In this document: in pieces, positions 19,847 to 26,765 of the stretch
Position numbering within the stretch: the stretch's first letter is position 1
Layout: the number at the start of each line of letters is the position of its first letter
From: a virus
Taxonomy: Duplodnaviria > Caudoviricetes
Length of the DNA stretch: 36,442 bases
Strand: one strand, 5' to 3'
IMG/VR virus record: IMGVR_UViG_3300025418_000339
Coordinates: 1-36,442 of that record
Made by a program: the position numbers and the translations under genes
Notes under the pieces: generated by a model
The model's input: the letters and a program-made list of their open reading frames with translations, nothing else
Database searches by the model: none
Told to the model about the DNA's origin: nothing

Positions 19847-20913
19847 TACTCTCCATGGTTATCCCTTTCCGTAATGTTTAACCCTATCACTTGCAATGCT
19901 TGTAATTGATGCTATCGTTCGTTTACCGCAAGGGGAAGTTGCGGTTATTGGAAAAAACTTAATAATGGCAGCGCGGCACACCATGTAAAAAACCGCGCAC
20001 ACTACTGACTCTAGTGTGGCCCCGTTAGATGGGTTAGTCTTTACTGCCCGAATGTTGATCGGCAAAAGGTTAGCCACCGAGGAACTCCTGAGAGCAAGGG
20101 AGTTAAACAGCGAGTATCTATTAGCTCATAAACACGAATCACCTTATGAGCATTACAACAACTAATAGATTACATATAGCGTGATTGGGAGCAATCCCCT
20201 ATCTAACAGATAGTCCTTAACTAAGGCTATCTATGTCCACCACCGGTCAATCAGTTACGCCGCGATTAGTGAGTGGCTTTAAAACCATTACTCATAGATG
20301 AGAAGATAGCCTTAAAGCTATACGACAAACTTGAGTCACACCGACTCAACTACGACTGGTCAATAGGTTACGCTGATGACATATAGTTCATATGGTGATA
20401 TGAAATTGGGTCGCGCCACCCACCCTCGGCACATCCCCCGTCAAAGCTAGACAGATCACGCTTAAATGTCTAACCCTTAACTTAACCGTTAGAGATAGTC
20501 CGATAACCTGCAGACAATGGCGAGAGGTTGCAGAAGATGGGACTAGATAGAAAATAGCGCGGAAGTTCTCAGATAACGACTAGCCACTAGTGCGAACCGC
20601 AAGCATTGAAAAGGTTGGGGATAAAATGGGGAAAAGATAACGCGGAATAACTCACTATCTTCACAAGATATGCACAACTATAAAGCGATAAACGGGGATA
20701 AGTGGAAAGAATTCCGGGGAAATAGTGGAGTAATACCATCCCACCCCTAGGCCCTAAGAATTTAAGCGTGAAATAACCCCGAGCAGCTACCGAAAGGCCC
20801 GCCGCCTATGGTGAGCCTATCCACCCGGCTTAGATACCGGGATGACACAATTTCGCAACACTCCCGGCGAGCTATTCGCGGCCTTTATTTCTCAATTTCT
20901 AGCCCCGGGATGC

Positions 20914-20943
20914 TTGCCTAACCGTAATCTTTCCGGCTATCCT
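20914..20943 (+). promoter_or_regulatory. Putative housekeeping-sigma promoter of the ardA operon
   Basis: TTGCCT-18 nt-TATCCT about 50 nt upstream of the ardA start. Confidence 0.55.
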
Positions 20944-20992
20944 TACGCCTAACGAGTCCGGGAGAGTCCGGGCCGAATTGAAAGGTTAGGAT

Positions 20993-21565
20993 ATGAGCGC
21001 ATTAGATACCGGCGTAATAGTTGCAATAGGTAACGATCAAGAGTCAACAACTCCCCGAGCATGGGTGGGATGCTTATCGTGTTACAACTCCGGCAGCTTA
21101 TTTGGTAAGTGGATCGATGGAGTCGAGTGCGACGATCTAGAGTCTGCCGGGATCGCAACTATGGAAACGGTCGGAGAATATTCGGCTTATCGCTGCGTGA
21201 AGTGCTTCGGCGATGAATTCTCGGTAATGGATCATGAGAATTTTCTCGGACTTATTACCGGAGAGTGCAGCACTACCGAAGCAGCAGAAGCAGCGCGGCA
21301 GCTCGCAGATATTGCAGACGATGAGCGCGAGATAGTTATCGCCTGGCTAAGTAACGGGATGAAGTTCGATCTCGAGACTATGCGCGATAGCTACATCGGA
21401 GAATATTCAAGCGATCAAGACATGGCGGAAGAATATATCTCCGGCACGGGCATGCTAGATGATGCGCCGGAATTTTTAGCGCGTTACTTCGATTATGAGT
21501 CTTTCGCTCGCGATCTTATGCACGATATTTTCGAAGTATCCGGCCACTACTTTCGGAGTTACTAA
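20993..21565 (+). CDS. ardA: ArdA-family antirestriction protein (DNA mimic)
   Basis: Very acidic 190 aa; N-terminal W/YVGCL..YN.G.L.GKWI and C-terminal L.RYFDYESFARDL hallmarks; GAAAGG RBS. Confidence 0.9.
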   Translation: MSALDTGVIVAIGNDQESTTPRAWVGCLSCYNSGSLFGKWIDGVECDDLESAGIATMETVGEYSAYRCVKCFGDEFSVMDHENFLGLITGECSTTEAAEAARQLADIADDEREIVIAWLSNGMKFDLETMRDSYIGEYSSDQDMAEEYISGTGMLDDAPEFLARYFDYESFARDLMHDIFEVSGHYFRSY

Positions 21566-21727
21566 GTGAAGCTAACGAGACGCGGCGAGCGCATTAGGGC
21601 ATTACTCATCACGGCGCTATTTATCGGAGTTATTTACTTACTTAATTACTTACTCACTCCGAAAGGTTGCAGGGTATCGGTTGAACATATGTCGCAAGGT
21701 TGCAAGGATATTTTATTCCCCCATTAA
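21566..21727 (+). CDS. Small single-pass membrane protein (53 aa; not in ORF track)
   Basis: GTG directly after the ardA stop: MKLTRRGERIRALLITALFIGVIYLLNYLLTPKGCRVSVEHMSQGCKDILFPH. Confidence 0.75.
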   Translation: MKLTRRGERIRALLITALFIGVIYLLNYLLTPKGCRVSVEHMSQGCKDILFPH

Positions 21728-21731
21728 GTAA

Positions 21732-21816
21732 GCAGCGCGGCCCGGCGGCTCGGGAGTGTTCGACTCACTCCCCGCGCACTATCTCTTAGGGATCGGCCCG
21801 GGAGATTATCGAAAGG
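21732..21816 (+). ncRNA. tRNA-like structured element, copy 1, plus ATCGG hairpin and RBS
   Basis: GCGCG/CGCGC stem, GGGAGTG-TTCGACT-CACTCCC arm, ACTA, hairpin with ATCGG loop, GAAAGG. Confidence 0.7.
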
Positions 21817-21823
21817 TTAAACG

Positions 21824-22465
21824 ATGAATAGCACACTCGCAGAAAATACAGTAAATACCGGAGTAACAATTAGCGCGGATCTATTTCGCGATCTACTCGC
21901 CGGCGCTTCGGTCGCAGCTCATCCGAAAGACGATCTAACCGCGCTTAACGGCGTAAACATTCGGGTAATCGATGGAGAGTTAAGAGTAACCGCTACCGAT
22001 AGATTCCGAGCTATTATCGGAGAGACTTCTCTCGAGTCCGGAGATCTCGAAGCGATCACGATTCCACTAGCGAGCGTTAAGAAGATCCTCGCAGCGCTTA
22101 AGGCCTTACCTAAGCGCACTTTTAAGCCGGTAACGGTTAATCTATTTAAGGCCGGGGATATTCTTACCGTATCAATTAGCGCGGCTTCGCTTGAGTCTCC
22201 CGGGGATAGCTTCTCGATCTATCTCCCCGGCGCAAATTTTCCCGGTCCGGAGACTCTCGAGAAGCTATGGGATAGCGAGAAGATAGCACTCTCGGAATTT
22301 TCACTTAACGCGGAATTTTTAGCGAGCTTCGCGAAAGTGCCGGGATCGAATAAGGCCGGAATAAATAAATTTTCTTTCCATGGCGAAAATAAGCCGATAA
22401 CTATCGAAATTTCTCACGATTCGATTAAGTGGCGCGGCCTACTTATGCCGGTACGCATTAAATAA
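21824..22465 (+). CDS. Truncated DNA polymerase III beta sliding-clamp-like protein
   Basis: LNGVNI...LRVTATDRFR (cf. ATDGHRL), ANFP, LNAEFL, ENKP and GLLMPVR match DnaN motifs; only 213 aa. Confidence 0.75.
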   Translation: MNSTLAENTVNTGVTISADLFRDLLAGASVAAHPKDDLTALNGVNIRVIDGELRVTATDRFRAIIGETSLESGDLEAITIPLASVKKILAALKALPKRTFKPVTVNLFKAGDILTVSISAASLESPGDSFSIYLPGANFPGPETLEKLWDSEKIALSEFSLNAEFLASFAKVPGSNKAGINKFSFHGENKPITIEISHDSIKWRGLLMPVRIK

Positions 22466-22469
22466 CCCG

Positions 22470-22555
22470 GCAGCGCGGGCCTAGTGGCCTACGCGAGAGT
22501 GCGATCCTCTCGCCGCGCACTAGCTCATAGGATCGGCTTATGAGTGAGTGAAAGG
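22470..22555 (+). ncRNA. tRNA-like structured element, copy 2, plus ATCGG hairpin and RBS
   Basis: GCGCG/CGCGC stem, GGCC-TAGT-GGCC, GCGAGAG-TGCGATC-CTCTCGC arm, ACTA, hairpin with ATCGG loop, GAAAGG. Confidence 0.7.
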
Positions 22556-22563
22556 AAAATAAA

Positions 22564-23127
22564 GTGAAAGAATATACAGTAACCCGCTACAGCTTCGAGG
22601 AATTATCTTCCGAAGCTCAAGAAAAGGCCTTAGAAGCATGGAGATATTCTCTTTATATGGAGATTCCGGACTATCTTCTCGAAGAGTCTATGCTCGAAGA
22701 ATTAGCCCGAGAGATCACCGGCGCTTATGATCTACCCGGCGCGGATGATCTTAAGATCTCTTATTCCCTAAGCTATAGCCAGGGAGACGGGGTTAGCTTC
22801 TCCGGTCGAGTAAATAAAGAGACGGCCCCCGGCTTATCCTGGCCCGATTCGGCTATTTACGCAGAATTTAAGCGGAATTCTAATCACTACTCGCACGGTT
22901 ACACGGTTACGCCGGAATTATTCGACGCGGAAGAAGAAGAGATAAGCGACGGGATCGAAGAATTTCGCGAGTCCTATCTTAAGATCTGCCGGAATTTAGA
23001 AAAGTACGGTTATAAGTGGGTCGAAGAGTGGACTAGCGAAGCTCACGCAAGAGAAGAGATCGCAGAAGCCGGAGATATTTTCCTATTGTCCGGGAAAGTC
23101 GATCACCCTGCCGGAGTTAACGCATGA
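22564..23127 (+). CDS. Acidic hypothetical early protein
   Basis: 187 aa, GAAAGG RBS, YSFEELSSEAQEKALE and YSQGDGVSFSG motifs seen in phage early proteins. Confidence 0.8.
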   Translation: MKEYTVTRYSFEELSSEAQEKALEAWRYSLYMEIPDYLLEESMLEELAREITGAYDLPGADDLKISYSLSYSQGDGVSFSGRVNKETAPGLSWPDSAIYAEFKRNSNHYSHGYTVTPELFDAEEEEISDGIEEFRESYLKICRNLEKYGYKWVEEWTSEAHAREEIAEAGDIFLLSGKVDHPAGVNA

Positions 23128-23546
23128 GCGCCGGGACTCTTATTCGCTGCGATGAGTGTTCGGAAATTGTGAAAATAACCCTAGACCGTTACGGGTCCGG
23201 GGTTATGGGGGTTATCTCTTGCCCTAATTGTGGCGAGTCTTACGATACCGACGCAGAAGCCGACTCTATTTCATGGGGAGAGTTAGCCGAACTTACTCAC
23301 GCTACCGCGCTTGAGCGCTTCGGCTTCTGCCTATGCGAAGATCCGGGAGACTCGGAAGAGCTTCCATATTCCGACTGTCCGAAATATGCCGGTAACGGAG
23401 AACTCGTAAGCGTTAACGAGTCCGGGTTATTTATTGACTCGTTAGGCCGCTTCGGGTATCGGACTCACTTCACCGGCGCTTATATCTGCTATACCTGCGG
23501 GGCCTTATGCGATCCGGACCGGCACGGATGGGAGAATGAAGAGTAA
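23124..23546 (+). CDS. Cys-rich acidic hypothetical protein
   Basis: 140 aa with CDEC, CPNC, CLC and CYTC..C; ATGA-coupled to the previous gene. Confidence 0.75.
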   Translation: MSAGTLIRCDECSEIVKITLDRYGSGVMGVISCPNCGESYDTDAEADSISWGELAELTHATALERFGFCLCEDPGDSEELPYSDCPKYAGNGELVSVNESGLFIDSLGRFGYRTHFTGAYICYTCGALCDPDRHGWENEE

Positions 23547-23571
23547 GCCCTAACTATAAAATAAAAAAGTC

Positions 23572-23598
23572 TTAGACTTTATAGAGAAAAAAGTCTAA
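23572..23598. repeat. Inverted repeat at the convergence of the island and the minus-strand operon
   Basis: TTAGACTTT-atagagaaa-AAAGTCTAA. Confidence 0.6.
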
Positions 23599-23688
23599 CC
23601 CTCAACCTACGGGGGCGGGGTCGGATTTTTCAGGGACTAGTGCGAACTCAGTATCAAGAAAATTTATTGCAAGCCACCTAGTGAGAAC

Positions 23689-23889
23689 TCAATCTCCGGT
23701 GGCTTGCTTTTTTTCTTTTGTTAATTTCAATCGTTCTTCTAGCAATAAATCAATCGATTGGATCAGGTTCATTTTTTTTCGCCAGTCCATCCGATTACCG
23801 TACTCATCTTTTTTAAGATCCCGTGAGAGATTCGCAAGAGCTTCATCTATCTCAGCAAGAGATTCATTCGTAACGGTAAGCACCAACAT
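23689..23889 (-). CDS. Hypothetical protein
   Basis: 66 aa helical-looking ORF, last of the minus-strand operon. Confidence 0.65.
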   Translation of the reverse strand: MLVLTVTNESLAEIDEALANLSRDLKKDEYGNRMDWRKKMNLIQSIDLLLEERLKLTKEKKQATGD

Positions 23890-23892
23890 ATT

Positions 23893-24078
23893 TTAACCTT
23901 GATTACGGTCATCTCGCTTTGCTTTATATGCGCGAACATCGTCAGCCAAATAGAAAACATCTCGACCAACTTTCTTCACCCACTTAATCGCACCGCGATG
24001 CTGCATTTGTCGAAGGTTGTTTAGATTGACTTGTAAAAACTCAACAACCTGTTTAGACGACCAAAGTTCTTCACTCAT
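23893..24078 (-). CDS. Small winged-HTH DNA-binding protein (excisionase/MerR-like)
   Basis: LWSSKQVVEFLQVNLNNLRQMQHRG...GRDVFY...DV pattern. Confidence 0.7.
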   Translation of the reverse strand: MSEELWSSKQVVEFLQVNLNNLRQMQHRGAIKWVKKVGRDVFYLADDVRAYKAKRDDRNQG

Positions 24079-24461
24079 TAGAAGGGCGCATCCTCACTTT
24101 GTGTAGAGGTTACAGGTGCATCTTCAGTTGCATCTTTAGATACGCGCTCAACCTTTTCAATTTCGCTTCCGATAATGTCTAGAGAAGTGCGAACCTCTCC
24201 ACTATCTGTTGTGAATTGAGACTGAGCTAGTCGGCCCGTGATCGTCACGGTATTACCTTTAACAAAGCGATCAACAACTTTCTCAGCAGAGCCACCAAAG
24301 AAAGTTACTTGGAACCACATGGTCAAACCGTCAACCCACTCACCATTGACGCGATGACGCTGACCAACGGCGAGTGAGAAGTTGCAAATAGCCTTGTTAT
24401 CTTTCGTAAACTTGAGTACCGGATCTTTTCCAAGGTTGCCGGTGATAGTGATCTGATTCAT
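24078..24461 (-). CDS. ssb: Single-stranded DNA-binding protein
   Basis: MNQITITGNLGKDP, KGNTVTITGRL and an acidic EDAPF C-terminus. Confidence 0.95.
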   Translation of the reverse strand: MNQITITGNLGKDPVLKFTKDNKAICNFSLAVGQRHRVNGEWVDGLTMWFQVTFFGGSAEKVVDRFVKGNTVTITGRLAQSQFTTDSGEVRTSLDIIGSEIEKVERVSKDATEDAPVTSTQSEDAPF

Positions 24462-24481
24462 TATTTACCTTTCTTCTGTTG

Positions 24482-24901
24482 TTAGTACCAGGGATTACCT
24501 AGCTTTGCTTGATGATTCCAAAAATTAAGAGCCTTACACGGGCTTCCATAACGCACCGTAATATATCGTAAACCTGCCTTAATCTGAATTACAGGATCTT
24601 TGGGCATATATGGATACTTGTAATTGCCCCATGTCTGAGGCAAGAACTGAGCGATACCAAATGCACCCGACGATTTATTGAACGCTTTCGGATTCCAATG
24701 ACTCTCTCGATTCCAAAGAGTGTTCAAGCATTGAAACTCTTTGACGATTTTCCATTGCTTGAGAACAGATTCTCTTGCAAGCAAACGCGGTGACATTGCA
24801 AAATGTACGCTTTTACTTGGAGCTACTGCCGCTTGCGCTGGAACAATATGTAAAAACCCTACCATTATGGCTGTTAAAAGGGCTTTACGGCGTAGGCGAA
24901 T
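24482..24901 (-). CDS. Secreted lytic transglycosylase (SLT-like); ATT start at 24901 proposed, first ATG at 24865
   Basis: LWNRESHWNPKA, SSGAFGIAQFL, QI.AGLRYI..RYGSPC.A and terminal WY, typical of actinobacterial SLT-domain proteins. Confidence 0.85.
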   Translation of the reverse strand: MRLRRKALLTAIMVGFLHIVPAQAAVAPSKSVHFAMSPRLLARESVLKQWKIVKEFQCLNTLWNRESHWNPKAFNKSSGAFGIAQFLPQTWGNYKYPYMPKDPVIQIKAGLRYITVRYGSPCKALNFWNHQAKLGNPWY

Positions 24902-24904
24902 CGC

Positions 24905-24997
24905 CTAGCCTTTCGCCACCTTTCGGCAGACTTCGCAAGCGTTATCAACCCAACGCTGTGCGCCACACTTGCAATAAATAACTTTTGAATCATCCAT
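24905..24997 (-). CDS. Tiny Cys-rich protein (30 aa)
   Basis: MDDSKVIYCKCGAQRWVDNACEVCRKVAKG with a GGGGGA RBS. Confidence 0.6.
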   Translation of the reverse strand: MDDSKVIYCKCGAQRWVDNACEVCRKVAKG

Positions 24998-25033
24998 GAT
25001 TTCCCCCTAACGGTGTTGGTTATGGACAAGGAA

Positions 25034-25255
25034 CTATTTTAGCGTTATTGAATCCTTGATCTTCGACTTAGCAATGTCTCGGGCTACCTGTAAGCCACGC
25101 GTGTACGCTTGTTCAGGTGTAAGATCCACCGGCAATTCTTTGAAATCTAGAATCTGCTGTTGAATCGCGCTCACAATATCTGAAGCTGTACGGTTAAGAA
25201 CCGTCAGCATAAGGCTATTGATCTGTGGGCCTAGTGATTTTGGATCGGGTTTCAT
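25034..25255 (-). CDS. Hypothetical protein
   Basis: 73 aa, GAAAGGA RBS, ATGA-coupled. Confidence 0.7.
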   Translation of the reverse strand: MKPDPKSLGPQINSLMLTVLNRTASDIVSAIQQQILDFKELPVDLTPEQAYTRGLQVARDIAKSKIKDSITLK

Positions 25256-25416
25256 TTACTGGACATTCCTTTCACATTGATACTTGGGGTTGCGTGGAAC
25301 TGTTTGGTCATCTGTTGACCGCACTTTGGGCATTGAGGAATAGAACTATCCTCAAGTGATTGGTGCATCTCGATCATTGAGTAATCGGAAGAGCAACGAT
25401 ATTCGTATGTAGGCAT
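25252..25416 (-). CDS. FmdB-like zinc-ribbon protein (54 aa; not in ORF track)
   Basis: MPTYEYRC...CPKCG..M.K.F.ATP pattern. Confidence 0.8.
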   Translation of the reverse strand: MPTYEYRCSSDYSMIEMHQSLEDSSIPQCPKCGQQMTKQFHATPSINVKGMSSK

Positions 25417-25640
25417 TAGTGCTTCACCACCCTATAATTCATAACCCCACAATTACTACATCCAAATGAGATCTGAGTTATATTGCGCTTGAGAATTAAA
25501 TCAATCTCAATTTTGGTATCGCAATCGCTGCAATACAAAGCATCAACATATTGATCTGATACTAGGTAATAGCCCGCTTCATCAATGATCTTGGGATGGC
25601 TGTCACTAATTGCTTCAGCTTGATCTGCAAATTCGCTCAT
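25416..25640 (-). CDS. Hypothetical Zn-ribbon protein
   Basis: CSDC...CSNC; coupled to neighbours. Confidence 0.65.
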   Translation of the reverse strand: MSEFADQAEAISDSHPKIIDEAGYYLVSDQYVDALYCSDCDTKIEIDLILKRNITQISFGCSNCGVMNYRVVKH

Positions 25641-25744
25641 AGAATTACCGACTTTTCTCTTAAATACAATTCAATTAAATGTCTTAATTCAGGTGAATCT
25701 TCAATAAATACATCCATCAAATCCAAATATTTATTTACTTCCAT
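25637..25744 (-). CDS. Tiny hypothetical protein (35 aa)
   Basis: MEVNKYLDLMDVFIEDSPELRHLIELYLREKSVIL; overlaps both neighbours (TAATG, ATGA). Confidence 0.55.
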   Translation of the reverse strand: MEVNKYLDLMDVFIEDSPELRHLIELYLREKSVIL

Positions 25745-25905
25745 TACTCTTCACCTTCAATCTCTGTTTGGCATTTAGGGCAGGTAGCAACCCATATTCC
25801 GCGCTCGAGAAATACTTCTTGCTCAAATTCGTCATCACAAGTTGGGCAATATGCAACAACTTCTATCTCAACTGATTCGACTCCTGGATAATATGAGTAA
25901 GACAT
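25744..25905 (-). CDS. Small acidic Zn-ribbon protein
   Basis: Start at ATG 25905 (MSYSYYPG); CPTC...CPKC. Confidence 0.65.
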   Translation of the reverse strand: MSYSYYPGVESVEIEVVAYCPTCDDEFEQEVFLERGIWVATCPKCQTEIEGEE

Positions 25906-26045
25906 TACGCACCCTTCTTTACAACAGCGCCTAACGAACACCAACGGCACTCAATAATTGCATCATCACCGGTGCGATGAATAATAAGATCGTTAGCGAA
26001 ACCGCCTTTAGTGCCACACCAAATACAAGTAAGACCGTGGCTCAT
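25905..26045 (-). CDS. Small Cys-rich protein (46 aa)
   Basis: MSHGLTCIWCGTKGGFAN...ECRWC; coupled on both sides. Confidence 0.65.
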   Translation of the reverse strand: MSHGLTCIWCGTKGGFANDLIIHRTGDDAIIECRWCSLGAVVKKGA

Positions 26046-26137
26046 TTGTTTTCGATTCTGTGGCATAGACCTTCAAGAGCTACACCAGCAAAAGTAGCAA
26101 GCGTAGATAAAAATAAAACAACTAGAAAGAAACTCAT
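26042..26137 (-). CDS. Tiny membrane protein (31 aa)
   Basis: MSFFLVVLFLSTLATFAGVALEGLCHRIENK; AAAAGGTG RBS; first gene after a promoter. Confidence 0.6.
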   Translation of the reverse strand: MSFFLVVLFLSTLATFAGVALEGLCHRIENK

Positions 26138-26178
26138 AATGCACCTTTTCTCTTGGGGACTCTCCCCTGTTACTGCGT

Positions 26179-26207
26179 AATCTATTCCTGATTAGTTACG
26201 GTGTCAA
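26179..26207 (-). promoter_or_regulatory. Housekeeping-sigma promoter
   Basis: TTGACA-17 nt-TAGATT on the minus strand. Confidence 0.75.
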
Positions 26208-26559
26208 GAGAATCGCCATAACCGGCATCTCTGAGCAGATTCAATATCTGCCCGACGGTCATAACCGCCCACCAATCTTCAACTGAACCCAAGCCAACGC
26301 CATTGGGTTTCACAACCAATACACCGTAATCGGCTTTGGCATTTATGCGTTCAACTTCAGTTTCTTTTAACCATTCAGGAAACTTATATGTTTTGTGATT
26401 CTTGATCTCGAACACCAAACAAGGCGCGCCCGATACATCACCCATGTCGTTAGCCCCTGAGAGCGAACGGCGCTCCACCATAGGGAAAGACTCAAGCACT
26501 CTCGCGTTCTTTACAAACGCGGTTTCTGCACTTGTGCCTTTTTGTTTAGCCTTACTCAC
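26182..26559 (-). CDS. Holliday junction resolvase, PD-(D/E)xK type
   Basis: KQKGTSAET, D.GDV, FEIKN motifs typical of actinophage resolvases. Confidence 0.75.
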   Translation of the reverse strand: MSKAKQKGTSAETAFVKNARVLESFPMVERRSLSGANDMGDVSGAPCLVFEIKNHKTYKFPEWLKETEVERINAKADYGVLVVKPNGVGLGSVEDWWAVMTVGQILNLLRDAGYGDSLDTVTNQE

Positions 26560-26743
26560 TAACGATTAACTGAACAGGGTCACGCACGATCTTGTGACAG
26601 CCACCATAACCGTTGTCCAAATAAATATCAAATGTCCCGTTGTGATCGGGTCCATCAACTATTCGGATTGTGCCTTGGTCTTTGTCAATAATTACAGGGT
26701 CGCCAAGCTGAAGGTTGGCTGGATCAATTGATACGGTAGTCAT
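26552..26743 (-). CDS. Hypothetical protein (small beta-barrel-like)
   Basis: 63 aa with AAGGA RBS. Confidence 0.65.
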   Translation of the reverse strand: MTTVSIDPANLQLGDPVIIDKDQGTIRIVDGPDHNGTFDIYLDNGYGGCHKIVRDPVQLIVSE

Positions 26744-26765
26744 TTTTATTCCTTACTCGTAATCA

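Noticed and set aside
19859-20077. 72-aa minus-strand ORF as small terminase
   Set aside because: No clear RBS or recognisable motif; likely part of the non-coding leader.
20610-20730. G-quadruplex in the purine-rich tract
   Set aside because: The G-runs are too widely spaced for a canonical quadruplex.
21735-22522. Calling the two elements true tRNA genes
   Set aside because: They are under 50 nt, have no anticodon arm, split the stem 5+7 and end in ACTA rather than CCA.
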